IMG/VR virus record: IMGVR_UViG_3300025133_009446
Location: 11,428-75,427 of that record
Source of the DNA: a virus
Strand: one strand, 5' to 3'
Length of the DNA stretch: 64,000 bases
In this document: positions 1 to 11,900 of the stretch, in pieces
Layout of the letters: every line of letters begins with the position of its first letter
How positions within the stretch are numbered: the stretch's first letter is position 1
Translations under genes and position numbers: made by a program
The notes under the pieces: model-generated
What the model saw: the letters and a program-made list of their open reading frames with translations, nothing else
What the model was told of the DNA's origin: nothing
Database searches by the model: none

Positions 1-3000
1 TGTTCCTGCGTGAGGCTTCAAGTATGCCACATGATCACTAGAACTTACAAATGTAAGATCTGTAGAAGCGCCCCCGGCGTGGGATCGATCTGGCTTCTCA
101 TACCCATACAATGCTGAACCTGTGTATCCCTCTATAATACTAGCTGTTATCCATGAATATTGAACATCTGTTTGTGGAATTGGGTGTTGGACGTACCAAT
201 TATCATGCACCAATGATGTTTCAACTGTTCCATATGCACCATTGTATTCATCAGTATATTTCAATTCCTTTCTTGAATTCCTGTGCGTTTGATGGAAAGA
301 CGCTGTTCCAGAATAACCTGAAGATGTAGCTTCGCTTTTGCCGCCAGGATAAGTTCCCCACTGATCGGCAGGACCAGCTAACTCATATGCTTGAACTGTT
401 TTATTATCACTATAAAATCCAAATTGATTTGTGTGGTTGGTATAAAACTCTTTTAAAGGTTCTCTTACTACTGTATTCCTCCAAGGCAATGCATTATAAA
501 CACTATATTCTGCCGCAACTTGGTCTAACAAGCCCTCACACATGGTGATAGGATCGCCAGGAGAAGAGAATCTATTAACAATAATATTCTTATTCCTACC
601 GGTTAAATCTCTTCTAGGTAAAGACCAATCGTGCACACCAGATACAGTTTGGGAGCCTACATTAGTTGTTGAAATATCGCCTTCTGATTTTACAAAATAG
701 CGATTATTACTAGTACGCCCTGTAGTCATGACAACTTCATAAGGATGAGTGTAGTTACCAATTATAGTACTTCTTATTGGGTGAATATATTGATCTTCAG
801 TGTCTAATGCGCCAGTTGACTGCTGAATATTTGCAATATTTACAGGACGTTTTGCGATACCATCACGAAAATAAACTGATCTAAACGCATTGGGGTTAAC
901 AAGATCTAAACTTGTAGCAGATGATGAAATAACCCACCCTTCTATTCTTTCATCTTTTCCATCTGGCTCTTCATTGTCGGGATTAAAGTTAGTAAACACA
1001 TGCCTATAAGGACGCCCACCAACATATTTTTCTGTGAATGGACCTTGAAGTGGTTTGCTTTTATAGGGCTCATATGAATCATAGTGTATATTTGTAATAT
1101 CTAAATTAGATTTAAATGAATCAATGGCACCTCTATAATCTTTCGCATCATCAGCGCTAATTGAAGAGCTATATAAACTAAACGGATAAATCAAATCACC
1201 TTTATAGGTGTCGCCTGTGGCAGCGTCACCACCATCAATAACAGTCTCTACTGAAAATTTAAACTTTCTTTTGCCCTTCACTAAATCTAAATTATCGTCA
1301 CAGTCTTTAAGATCTTCTATCGAGGTATTATCTGGCTCTATAACAATAACAGCACCGTCGGAAGCTCCAGGCGGGGCTGGGCGTTGCCTGATAGAATCCC
1401 AAAAGCCTATTTTCTTGTTTGGGTGTAAGTTGTCGCCGCCGCGCAACTGCGTTACTACGTTGGCTGCAAATTTGTGTGGTCTAGTAAACTTTCGTATTGC
1501 ATATGTAGAGCCATCATATGTCGTAATCCCAGAGGTGCCGCTGGAAGCATACTCAGCTGCAGCATTATTGCTTAGTTTGTTTAAACTATCTAATATTGTT
1601 TGTTTGTTCGAATCTACCGCATCATCATCGGATGTGATCTTACCATCGTCTCTTTCAATTCTTTCTTTCCACCAAAGACAGTTATCGTCTTCTTCTTCGT
1701 TTATCGGAGCATGTCCATGCTTCCAATCATAAAGAAGCTCATTAATACCAAACAAGCTACCTTCTGGATCGCCTTGTTTCATTTCTAGTGTTGGAAATTT
1801 AGTCCAATATTTATTTCTTTCCAAGACATGGCTTTCAACAGTGTTTCTTAATCCTTTAGAATGTTCTGCGGAAGCAGGAACAAATTGTTCTAATATTGCT
1901 CCAAGAGAAGAGTCTATCCATTTGTAATATTCAACGAATTTATCGACATCAGGAGTGTTAGTAACTCTTTCAAAGAAAAGATGGCGAAGCTTTTCCATGC
2001 TTTTATAGCTTTGTCTATATCTGTTTACCGGCTCTCCAACGATATTATTAAAGTCAACAATAGTGGCAAACATTTTCAACATCTCTTCTGATATGATTTG
2101 GTACATACTCTTTTCAAACATGTAATAATGTCGAATTTCTCTACTAGTCCTAGTGAATTTTTCTTCGTTTTGGTCTACTATTTGTGTTAAATTGCTACTG
2201 TTCATTATTTCTGGCAATTGCTGTTTTGCAATAGAAATATAATTTACATCTACAGCTTTATTGGTGTTAGCATCAAATCCATAACCCCTTCCAGAGTGTT
2301 GTTTCTGAGCCGTTGTACCAATCAAACCATATTTATATTCCATCTCAGAAGAACCAGAACTAGCATCTAAAACAGTAAAATAACCAGAAGCGTCTGATCC
2401 TGTTACCGTTTCAAAGTCCCAATTTAGCGCTAATGTTTCTATTTGCGGCACTTCTAAGTCAAAAGTGTCCTGAAAGAGGAAAGCGTTTCTATTGGGATGT
2501 AAAGAGCCCCAATTTGAAGAATCCTTAGCATGTGCCCTTACAACCTCTTTATCTAACGCATCCAGCCAATATCTACAAGAAGAAATTTTTGCATCTGTTT
2601 GTTGCAGTACGCTGCCGGTAAAGTTTGTTCTATGTGCACCAACATACACTCTTTTACTAGAACTTACAAAAGTAGCACCAGCTGTATATGGCATTGTACC
2701 TGATACAATAAATTCATTTTGTATCGTATCATAAGCAACGTTAACGCCATGAAGAACGACTGTATACGTATCTGGTCCCTCTGTAGTGGCATGCATTGTA
2801 TTCACTTGAGGATAGTCCGTGGGTTTAACTGTAACTGAGAGAGTCCAGCGCTCATCATCATATACATCTCTATAAACATCACTAACTAAGGTTGGGAAAT
2901 CACCATCAGAACTAACTAACTTAAAGTGAACATCACCATCCCCCGAGTTCTTTCTAACGGCATAAACTTGAAAATTTGCATTATCTTGATGTGTACCGGC

Positions 3001-5169
3001 GCCAGTCCAAGTTAAATTATTTTCAACTGTACTATTCGTTTTATGTACGCCAAACAAAGAAGAGGTGATCGCGTTATATATAGAAGAGGTGGCATATGTA
3101 GTATCTAAATATTTTGGAAATAGAACTTCTGCTTGCATTGTGTTTGCGAAACCAGAGGTTCCATCAGCAGCGCTCATGCCAGAAATATATGATAATTCAT
3201 TGGAACCAGAACCGGCTGTCCACTGATGTATATTAGCGTTAAAGTGTCCCACTTTATAAAAGTTAGCATATTTCTTTTTATCAACGGATGCTCTAAAATT
3301 ATCTTTTAATTCATAATCAACATTGTGTGCGTATAAATTAAATTTAACAAGCTCATCATCGACACCAAAGCATCTTACTAAATTTCTAATCGCTTTCTCT
3401 GTGCCTTTTGATTTATAAAGATATGAAAGATTGTTGTAAATGTTTTCATAAATTAAGTTTTTAATATTATATAATTTATCTTCAAATTCTAACTCTTCAT
3501 TTCTAGAGTGTACAGATTCTAAAACCGTCGCATCGACAAAAATATCATCGACATCCATTCCTAAGTGCTGGAGTAGTTTTTTTGCATGTGGGCGCGGTTT
3601 GAAACTAGAACTTGTATATGTAATATTTTTTATTGTTGGTAGTGCCTCTATTTGCAACCACAATGTATCAAAATAACTAGAAATAATTTGAGTTAAGTTC
3701 TTTAGATGCCCATTATGATCTGAGTCCTCGTCCAAGATCCATTGCGGCATAGAGTGATATAAAGCCGCATTATTACTGTTATCCCATGTTTTACCTTTAT
3801 TTTTCAGATTGGTGACATAATTATTAACAGCTGCATGATCCTTGTATAATATTGGATCTAAAAACTCTCTTGGTGCTGCGTTTGATATCACCATAGCAGA
3901 ACCAACATTCCTAGAATCAGCGCTGTAACCAGTCCATGAACCGTTGCTTATTCTACCAGAGTAGTCAAGTACCGTGCTATCTGTTGTAGAATCGCCAACA
4001 ATCCCTTCATTAAATTTATAATATACACCTAAATTTACACCATAATAAGACTCCAGATCAGTATTAGAACCTCCATTTACTTGAGTGAACCAATGTCTTC
4101 CAACTTGTGCTGGTGTTCTCTCAGTTTTCCAATATCTAAATTCATCAATTGAGGCAGAAATTTTACCCCAACCCCACCCGGTTGTTCGATCTGACGGTGT
4201 ATTGTTTTCAGTTGGATAAAGAGATAAGGCGCCAATAGCAGCCACCATTGCACCACTTACATAATCAACAGTTGTACCTGCATTTTTAGTATGATTGCAA
4301 ACACCATCAATATACAATCTACTTTGTATTACGCTGCCGGTGTTTTTAAATGAAATTGCATAATGATGCCACAAGCCATCAGCCATAGATACAGGAGTAA
4401 TTTCATCACCAATTGATTGATTTACAATCCCACTTGTACCTGAAATATAACTTACTAAAAATGGACTATTTGAACCAGCAGCGCCATTTAATGTAATCTG
4501 CATTCTAGCGTAATTAGTAGAACCAGAGTTGGCACCTGATAAATGCATGTCATACACAACCTCTCTTTGTGTGGTACTGGTGCTATTTAAAAATGCATCT
4601 TTTTTTAACCAGAATTCAACTGTATTTCCTCTTTCCCCATCCATCAAAAGGTTAGATTCTTGACTGTCTCCAAGAGCTAATATGTTAGCATACCCGTTTT
4701 TCCAATTGCCTCCTGTGTCTTCTATATCTCTATAAAACCTGCGAGTGCTTGTATTTGGTCCACCCTTAATGAAAATATATTCTTGTGTGCTTGGCTCGCC
4801 ATACCCCCCTGTTACCGTGGTTTCTTGTGAGCCCCAACCTGTAGGGGAAAACAAAGCAAACCCGTTTGTTCTAGGGTACCCTTGTTCAAAAATATAATTT
4901 TCTAAAAAAGAAGCACTCCCATGCCATTGAGCCTTCTCATATGATGAACCATCGTAGGGGTAGTTTGAGTACACCTTTTTAACAGCGTTTTCATAATATC
5001 TTTCAGCTGAACCAAATTTTGCAAAATTTTCAGGTTTAGAATAATCTACATGAGGTTCAAACCTGCTCTTCTCTTTATAATAAGAATCAACATAGTCTTG
5101 TGATTCTGCATCTGAAAAATTGTCTTTCTTTTGGAACCGCGCTTGTTCGAATAATTTTTTTATACTCAT
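1..5169 (-). CDS. Large virion/baseplate-associated protein with LamG/concanavalin-like domain(s); >1723 aa, runs off the left edge
   Basis: Not in the ORF track because it has no stop in the window. ATG at 5169 lies just after the stop of the upstream gene and reads MSIKKLFEQARFQKK...HVDYSKPENFAKFGSAERYY. It contains LamG-type motifs DGLWHHYAISF, LYIDG and SIDEFRYWKTERT, and a baseplate-type KSKGTEKAIRNLVRCFG motif. The frame was spot-checked, not translated end to end. Confidence 0.8.
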   Translation of the reverse strand, partial: MSIKKLFEQARFQKKDNFSDAESQDYVDSYYKEKSRFEPHVDYSKPENFAKFGSAERYYENAVKKVYSNYPYDGSSYEKAQWHGSASFLENYIFEQGYPRTNGFALFSPTGWGSQETTVTGGYGEPSTQEYIFIKGGPNTSTRRFYRDIEDTGGNWKNGYANILALGDSQESNLLMDGERGNTVEFWLKKDAFLNSTSTTQREVVYDMHLSGANSGSTNYARMQITLNGAAGSNSPFLVSYISGTSGIVNQSIGDEITPVSMADGLWHHYAISFKNTGSVIQSRLYIDGVCNHTKNAGTTVDYVSGAMVAAIGALSLYPTENNTPSDRTTGWGWGKISASIDEFRYWKTERTPAQVGRHWFTQVNGGSNTDLESYYGVNLGVYYKFNEGIVGDSTTDSTVLDYSGRISNGSWTGYSADSRNVGSAMVISNAAPREFLDPILYKDHAAVNNYVTNLKNKGKTWDNSNNAALYHSMPQWILDEDSDHNGHLKNLTQIISSYFDTLWLQIEALPTIKNITYTSSSFKPRPHAKKLLQHLGMDVDDIFVDATVLESVHSRNEELEFEDKLYNIKNLIYENIYNNLSYLYKSKGTEKAIRNLVRCFGVDDELVKFNLYAHNVDYELKDNFRASVDKKKYANFYKVGHFNANIHQWTAGSGSNELSYISGMSAADGTSGFANTMQAEVLFPKYLDTTYATSSIYNAITSSLFGVHKTNSTVENNLTWTGAGTHQDNANFQVYAVRKNSGDGDVHFKLVSSDGDFPTLVSDVYRDVYDDERWTLSVTVKPTDYPQVNTMHATTEGPDTYTVVLHGVNVAYDTIQNEFIVSGTMPYTAGATFVSSSKRVYVGAHRTNFTGSVLQQTDAKISSCRYWLDALDKEVVRAHAKDSSNWGSLHPNRNAFLFQDTFDLEVPQIETLALNWDFETVTGSDASGYFTVLDASSGSSEMEYKYGLIGTTAQKQHSGRGYGFDANTNKAVDVNYISIAKQQLPEIMNSSNLTQIVDQNEEKFTRTSREIRHYYMFEKSMYQIISEEMLKMFATIVDFNNIVGEPVNRYRQSYKSMEKLRHLFFERVTNTPDVDKFVEYYKWIDSSLGAILEQFVPASAEHSKGLRNTVESHVLERNKYWTKFPTLEMKQGDPEGSLFGINELLYDWKHGHAPINEEEDDNCLWWKERIERDDGKITSDDDAVDSNKQTILDSLNKLSNNAAAEYASSGTSGITTYDGSTYAIRKFTRPHKFAANVVTQLRGGDNLHPNKKIGFWDSIRQRPAPPGASDGAVIVIEPDNTSIEDLKDCDDNLDLVKGKRKFKFSVETVIDGGDAATGDTYKGDLIYPFSLYSSSISADDAKDYRGAIDSFKSNLDITNIHYDSYEPYKSKPLQGPFTEKYVGGRPYRHVFTNFNPDNEEPDGKDERIEGWVISSSATSLDLVNPNAFRSVYFRDGIAKRPVNIANIQQSTGALDTEDQYIHPIRSTIIGNYTHPYEVVMTTGRTSNNRYFVKSEGDISTTNVGSQTVSGVHDWSLPRRDLTGRNKNIIVNRFSSPGDPITMCEGLLDQVAAEYSVYNALPWRNTVVREPLKEFYTNHTNQFGFYSDNKTVQAYELAGPADQWGTYPGGKSEATSSGYSGTASFHQTHRNSRKELKYTDEYNGAYGTVETSLVHDNWYVQHPIPQTDVQYSWITASIIEGYTGSALYGYEKPDRSHAGGASTDLTFVSSSDHVAYLKPHAGT

Positions 5170-5170
5170 A

Positions 5171-6652
5171 TTATTCTACCCTAAATTTGAAAGTCTCAGG
5201 CTGTACAACATATTTTCCATTTGTATGATAGGCGAAATTCACACCATACATATATCCGCTTTGAAATAACGACATGTCTAAATCAAAGTAATTCCCAGAA
5301 ACATCATGCGACAATCTTGTATATTTAATAGAGCCTGTACCGAAATCAACAACTTTTAAGTTGTCAACAACTCTAGAGATTTTATAATAAGCGTTGTCAA
5401 TTATAGAATTTTCTATATCCAATGATGCCTTAGAATAAATGGAAGGATTCCAATCTTTTTCACGCACATATAGCCGATATCGCGCATTTTCATTTGGTGA
5501 ATATGAATCTCTTAAATTGGTTATTTTTGTAATATATTTAGGATTCGGGTTAAACGTACCTCCAATAACACTTTTCGGTACGATCGCACCGGTAACATAC
5601 TCAACACCACCACTATGCCAAACATCATAAACGGTTTTTAACGAAGTGCTTCCAGTGTATGCTAGTGAGCATGTGTATATGCCAGTAGAAATATATCCAC
5701 CTGTTGCGTTTAAATCCCCAGCTGCTGCTACGTCTCCACCAACGCTAAGATTTAATTTTGAACCAGATGCTGTTGAGTCATTAGAAGAGCCTGAATATAA
5801 ACTCACCAATATAGTTCCAGTATCAACGCCGGGAATGTTTTTTAATTGTCCTCTAATAATGTTATAGAGATACAAAGTGTTTAAATTATCTGCTGCTGGT
5901 GCCAATGAGCTACTGTAATAAAAATTTCCTCGATCATCTTTTTCTGAGGAGTCCCACCTAGCTTCTATGACTGGTTGCTTATAAAAGAATTCAGTACCTC
6001 GACCAAAAAATCTTTTAGTATAATATGAGCTAGTATTACTTAATACAATATCTTCATGACTAGGAGACATTCTCACTAAAAGTCCATAATTTGATTTATT
6101 TCCAAGTACGTTGCCAGAAGAGTTGATCCATTGTTCAACCAATGTAGTTACATCCAATTCTATATTTTCCAAACCAGAATCAAAGCTTGCCGAAAAAGAA
6201 GAAGACGTGTCACTATAAAAGTCCCCACCAGTGGTTGTCCACGAAGTGTCGGCAGAGGCTTTAGCCCAACTAGCTTCATCTATATCTAGATAATCCTCCA
6301 TATCCATGCCGGTACCCTCTTCCCACGAGGTGCTTACAGCAGATAATGTCAACGTGTAGTTGCTTGGTGTAGTTTCGCTGTGTCTGGCGTTATACAATTT
6401 TAAGAAAAAATTAACACTTCCGGAGACAGGAATGTTGGTGTCGCTTCTATCACTAGAAATCACATCAGTAGGAAACTTAATTAAAATTCGCGCATATTCT
6501 GTACTAGCTGAACCTTCTTGTGCAAAAATAGAAAAAACTTCTAATATATCAGAAGCTCCCATATTAGAGCCCGTGGCTCTCTGAGTTAAATTGCTTTTAT
6601 ACGCATTTGTAATTGTTGTATCAGCACTAGCGCTATAACGTATTATTGCCAT
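5171..6652 (-). CDS. Virion structural protein, DNRLRE-like beta-domain
   Basis: 493 aa with the motif series ADTTI / ARILIKF / LKLYNA / SWEEGTG / WTTTGGDF / DVTTLVEQW / NYGLLVR typical of DNRLRE-type domains; lies in the baseplate operon. Confidence 0.65.
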   Translation of the reverse strand: MAIIRYSASADTTITNAYKSNLTQRATGSNMGASDILEVFSIFAQEGSASTEYARILIKFPTDVISSDRSDTNIPVSGSVNFFLKLYNARHSETTPSNYTLTLSAVSTSWEEGTGMDMEDYLDIDEASWAKASADTSWTTTGGDFYSDTSSSFSASFDSGLENIELDVTTLVEQWINSSGNVLGNKSNYGLLVRMSPSHEDIVLSNTSSYYTKRFFGRGTEFFYKQPVIEARWDSSEKDDRGNFYYSSSLAPAADNLNTLYLYNIIRGQLKNIPGVDTGTILVSLYSGSSNDSTASGSKLNLSVGGDVAAAGDLNATGGYISTGIYTCSLAYTGSTSLKTVYDVWHSGGVEYVTGAIVPKSVIGGTFNPNPKYITKITNLRDSYSPNENARYRLYVREKDWNPSIYSKASLDIENSIIDNAYYKISRVVDNLKVVDFGTGSIKYTRLSHDVSGNYFDLDMSLFQSGYMYGVNFAYHTNGKYVVQPETFKFRVE

Positions 6653-8463
6653 TATTGCACAACCCCTTGTATGTCCGATGAACCAAATCTAATTTCAAAA
6701 ATAGAATCATCTGGAATGGCAATGTACCTCCCAGAAGCATCAGTGTTCTCCTTAATATTAAATGGTATATCAGAGTACGTGACGCCAACTTTATGACTTA
6801 CTCTAACATCCATGGTGTCTTCTACTCCTGTTGTCGCATTTAATATTTGATATATTTTAGCTATAGAAAACGGTTCCCCAAGTTCAAACGTAAACCTATA
6901 TTGAGTTCTAAGACTTCTTAAACAATTTATTAATACTTCTTCTTTTGTATGCTCTAAAGAACCTTGCACGTAAAAATCAACTCCAATATTGATTATATTG
7001 GCATCTAATATATCAATTGTATCATTTATCATTTTATAATTATTTAACCACATTTTTAAATTTTCTTTTATAACATTATTAGTTGCAACTAAATTTCCTG
7101 CGCTTCCCTCAGACACAACATATAGATTCAAGTTTCTTTTAAAAGAATCATGATCTTGTTTAATGCTACAGCGCTTAATAGCGCCAAATTGTGGTGGCAT
7201 CATGTATACTATGGTTTGGTAATCTTGTTTTGTTACAGCTCTATTTTGTACAGCATATGTGTCTATCACTCTACGCCGAACCTCTTCTGAAGACGGGTAT
7301 GTGACGTCACCAACTATTGGTTCATCGTTCGTTACTTCAATGTTGTTTCTAACAATTGTGGTGTTTGAACCTTCAACTGCGGCACGTGGAAATTTTAAAA
7401 AAACTCGATCAACATTTGTAATTGCGCCCACGCCAGCATTAACAGAATCGCTTGTATTGAGTCTATATGTTATCGTCAGTGTGGTGTTTGATGGAGCAAT
7501 CCCAAATTTATCATTTTCCAACAATCGATTAGGATCAAATGATGCTTCTGTCACATAATTTCTAAAAGATCTGTTTAAAACAACATCGCTTGGATCAAAC
7601 ATGCTAGCATCAGTTATTTCATTATCAGAGCCATATCCAAATTGAAGAAAGGTTTTGAACCCCTCTTGCTCAACAACAAACCTTCTAGCAACCGCTCTTG
7701 GCTTAAGCAACACCTCTGGTTCGCTAGAGCTTTGTTTAGCCAGGTTTAAAGTAGGGACATAAATAATATTTTGAGATAAATGCTCCACTTCGTGGTATTC
7801 GTGCCCTTCTTGATCGATGACAGATAATATTTCAGCAATATTATGAGAAGCTATTGTTGCTCTAAAAAATCTCTGGTAGTTTCCGACGCTCACAGTAGTC
7901 GCGAGTACTTTACCAGAAACAACTTGTCCGTATGCCCGAATAGCATAAGTCGTGGGTTTTCCAGTTTTATTATCAACAGTGGCGACAACAACCTCATTGC
8001 TTGGATTTAAAAAATTCACATCCTCATTTAGTAAAAAAGCCGCACCAGTAGAACTTGAGAAAGAAGTGCCTCGCTTCATAGTAGGAACATAATCCACATT
8101 TACACCTATGCCATTCGAATTGGCTGGGACTACAACATAAATTGTTGCCGTACCATAAGAAGATGGACGTCCTTTAAATTTATAGCCAAGCTGTCTACCC
8201 AACCTAATAACGTTATTGAATTCAACAGCGGAATCAATAAAAGATTCATTGACTTGATAGTCTAAATAAAAAGAAAGCATATCCCCTATATATGCAACAC
8301 TATCCAGCATTAAAGAACCAAAAGAGGCTTCATTAAAGTCTTTATAAGTGTCTGGGTAGTATCTTTGTGCGTGAGAAATTAATTCCTTTTTAATCGATGC
8401 AAAATCTCTGCTTGTATATTTTATTGGCACATTTTTAATTTGCCGGCTTTTTCTAGGTGACAT
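6652..8463 (-). CDS. Baseplate wedge subunit (T4 gp6 / baseplate J-like)
   Basis: N-terminal YTSRDFASIKKELI...YKDFNEASFGSLMLDSVAYIGDMLSFYLDYQVNESF and QNRAVTKQDY are gp6-family hallmarks. Confidence 0.9.
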   Translation of the reverse strand: MSPRKSRQIKNVPIKYTSRDFASIKKELISHAQRYYPDTYKDFNEASFGSLMLDSVAYIGDMLSFYLDYQVNESFIDSAVEFNNVIRLGRQLGYKFKGRPSSYGTATIYVVVPANSNGIGVNVDYVPTMKRGTSFSSSTGAAFLLNEDVNFLNPSNEVVVATVDNKTGKPTTYAIRAYGQVVSGKVLATTVSVGNYQRFFRATIASHNIAEILSVIDQEGHEYHEVEHLSQNIIYVPTLNLAKQSSSEPEVLLKPRAVARRFVVEQEGFKTFLQFGYGSDNEITDASMFDPSDVVLNRSFRNYVTEASFDPNRLLENDKFGIAPSNTTLTITYRLNTSDSVNAGVGAITNVDRVFLKFPRAAVEGSNTTIVRNNIEVTNDEPIVGDVTYPSSEEVRRRVIDTYAVQNRAVTKQDYQTIVYMMPPQFGAIKRCSIKQDHDSFKRNLNLYVVSEGSAGNLVATNNVIKENLKMWLNNYKMINDTIDILDANIINIGVDFYVQGSLEHTKEEVLINCLRSLRTQYRFTFELGEPFSIAKIYQILNATTGVEDTMDVRVSHKVGVTYSDIPFNIKENTDASGRYIAIPDDSIFEIRFGSSDIQGVVQ

Positions 8464-8507
8464 ATGTTTATTTCCTCACTTAATCATTAAAATAAATAGA
8501 TTTAAGC

Positions 8508-8903
8508 CTAGAAAGGAGCCACACTTAAATCTAAAACATCTACATATCCTGCTGCGCGCACTCTATAGTGTACAGACACTTTTATAAAATTTGTTTTCGA
8601 AGCGCCCGCCTCGGTGACTTCATCCGTTATTATTACATCAATTAGATCTACAAACGGCATGTGTTTACTAATTTGAGACTTTATCATACCTTGAATCTCT
8701 CCTTTAGCTTGGTTGGTGTTCTGCTCGAAAAGCCATCTTTTTAAGCCCACTCCAAAACTTGGCATCATGACTCTTTCACCTGGACAAGTTAAAATGAGCA
8801 GCTTTAAGTTTTGTTTCACATTCTCATTCAATCCTTTAGTTAAAGAGTGAGTCCCGTCGCCAGAATCGGGTGCCAAAGGTAATTTTGGTGCTATACCAGG
8901 CAT
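8508..8903 (-). CDS. Baseplate wedge protein, GPW/gp25 family
   Basis: VKQNLKLLILTCPGERVMMPSFGVGL signature; adjacent to the gp6-like gene; start moved to the ATG at 8903 (MPGIAPKLPL), directly after the upstream stop. Confidence 0.88.
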   Translation of the reverse strand: MPGIAPKLPLAPDSGDGTHSLTKGLNENVKQNLKLLILTCPGERVMMPSFGVGLKRWLFEQNTNQAKGEIQGMIKSQISKHMPFVDLIDVIITDEVTEAGASKTNFIKVSVHYRVRAAGYVDVLDLSVAPF

Positions 8904-8905
8904 AA

Positions 8906-11900
8906 TTAGTTGTTCCCCCATATGTCATCTTCTAGTTTTGGATCTTTTGGTCTAGGAATAAAAGAGAAAGCCTTATCTTTAAAAGTACCTGCCGCTCCAC
9001 CTTTTGCCTCATAATCAACATCAGAATATTGATAATTCCCAGAATTTAATATCCCATTATAGATTGCTTTTAAACTAGTTTCTGAGTCTTCCATCAAGTT
9101 ATAAAAAGATTTATTAACATTGGCTGTAAAGCTCATCATAGTATAAATAGTTATTAGTGAAATCATTGATCTAGCTTTTTTCTCAAAAAGATGTTTATAC
9201 TCTTTTCTTTTTATTAATCGAGACATTAAGACATCATATGGGTACGATTCTGGATTAAGAAAATCTTCACCATTTAAGTTAACATATTTCAAATAAGCAG
9301 GATTTTTCGACGCTTGCGATATAACAGCATTCATAACACCCTGCATACCAAGAATTTGATCAAGAACATCTTTTGCTGCACCGAGAGGATCGTCTTCACC
9401 TTCTTCATCAGATTGTGTTTCTGGAAATTCAGGCACAGCATATGGTGCATTTGTAACCTCTATCTCTTCCTCTATTAGGGGCACTGAAAATGTCATACCG
9501 GTGGCAGCCTCGACAGAGGGAGAATCAGGTGTGAGAAATTTATCACCCATTACAAAAGCGTTCTCTTTTAAAGCGTTTTTAATATTATCTTTTGAAAATG
9601 ATTTTAAAATTTGTTTAAAACTGGTGGTGTCGTCGCCTTTGCCGGTACCGCCGAGCTGTACCTCGTTTAAGTGTGGGGCGCCTTGTACAACATCATAAGC
9701 CCTGGGTGCAATATAAGATAGCCTTAACCCATACTTCAAGCTCTTATAAAAGTTTTGATATGAAAGAGATTTCTGAGTTGCTTCAAAATCTAATGGACCA
9801 ATTGGAATTAAATCATATTTTCCAAGAACCGTGTTACCAACATATTCCCCAGGAGGAATTTGTGATAGCCCATGCGCTGTTTTCACCATTTCAAAAAATC
9901 TTTTTCTATTTTCTTTAGACCCACCTTCAATTGAAACAAAAAATTGATTTCTCACTTTTGCATGCCAGCCTCCATTATATCCTGAAAATGACGTTGACTT
10001 CTCTGAATCATATCCATTAATGTTTTTTTTCATCCACCAGGGATCAAACACTCCTGCTAGCGAAGTGTCTGGTGCGACATCGAGTGCTGGGCGTATTCTA
10101 TACATAAAACTAGCCATATTCCCACCAGACTTCGGAGGCGAATGAGTTGATACCCACTTCCAAAAACGGTTTCCAGTGCCAGTGGCAGCAGGAGATATCA
10201 AAAGTTGTCCATTGGCAGCTTGCCCAGAAAAACCCAGAGAAGAGCCAAGTTGAAATAATACATTTAACATCTGCTGGAAGTGGTACGGCACAGTGTCATC
10301 ACCAAACAGCGGCTGTTTATTAGAGCCACTCTTTGGTTTTATAATAAACCCCATAGTGCCTTTTGGCATTGCCTCAAATGAACCAAAACCATCGTTAGCC
10401 AGCCACATATCTGGATCGGTGATGTTGTTTAAAAAGTTTATCATATTTCCTACGCTGTCTTGTTCTGACGAAGTAGTAACCCATGATTTAATATTCTTTT
10501 TAAAAAGGTTTATGTTGTTCACTCCATAAAGCATTGTTAATTGATGTTTCTCCAGGGGGACATGATCCCAGAAGTCACCTGGTACTGCTGCAGGATTTGT
10601 CCAATACTGCACTATATCAGCCATAGTATCAATTGGTAGCACTTCACCGCCAAAGGAAATGTTGTTGCCACCGTCTGCGCCTTGTCCTTGTGTTAGTCGA
10701 TGAAAGGTGGGCAGAAAATCTTCACCAAACATTGCTTTTATTTCATCATCCGTTTTTGGTACTGCGCGCACATATTTTTCAAAAATTAAAGTTCCATTGC
10801 CATGATCATCAGCATCAAAGACTGTTCTAGTCGGGTAGTTGCCCCAGAGATCAAGCGGGTATTTCCCCCACACATCTAAAACTCCCCATTTCAGATCAGT
10901 TTTGCCGGTATGATCTTCTAATATTACCCTTAAAAGACTATCAGTAAAATCAATTTTATCAGCAAAAGCAGAATATACATTTTTCAACATTGGTGCTAAT
11001 CTATCTCTTTCCTCTTTTATCATTTCCAACATGGGAGTTCGATTGGTTGGAAATGTCTCGCCAGATAACATTCTTTCTTTAATGATCTTATCAGCATCAG
11101 CACTCATAAGTTCATATGTTGCCCCCCCTAGTCGTAATTTAATATTATTATGCACCACCTCATCAAATGATTTATTTAAGGCATCATCAAAAGAAAATTC
11201 TGTTAAAACAAACATTGCCTGTATGGTTGCCTCTATTAAAGCCAACTGTACAACTGCGCGCACAACACCTTCTCTATTAGCCAAGTTAAAAGACTGATAA
11301 GGATCTTCACTATCTAATTGTTTCTTTCTCTTATAAACCATATCTTTTATTTCAGTCAAATCAAACAATTCTGCAGAATTATTAGAGTCGCTTTCCGTCG
11401 CCATCATAGCGCCGATACCGCCTTCATCATCTATGGCGGCACCATCTGGATTATCATTTGTTTTAAAATCTAATTTAACTAACACCCCTGGACTAAACAG
11501 TTTTGATTTAGAAACAATTTTAGCAACTTTCTTTACTATCATAACATGTAATCTGTGATTCAAATCAAAAGGCAATAAAGATTGTAATTGTGTCACAAAA
11601 CTACTATTTGGTTTGATCTTCTGCATTAATGACTCTGCAATTGCTTCTCTAAATTCTAGATTTTGATTTATTGCCATATTTTCTTCAGTATCATTCATCC
11701 CAGCATATCTAAAAAACTCTCTTCGATTTCCTGCAGAGATGCTGCCATGCTTGCCCGCAGCTGGTCTATATAAAGAATAAGGATAATCAAATCCTTCATT
11801 GGGAATTTTTATGTTTACTGCAGGACTACTCCCCCAAAAATCATAATTCATAATATCGATATTCTCATCATAATACGTCACCGGTAATTTTTGAATATTT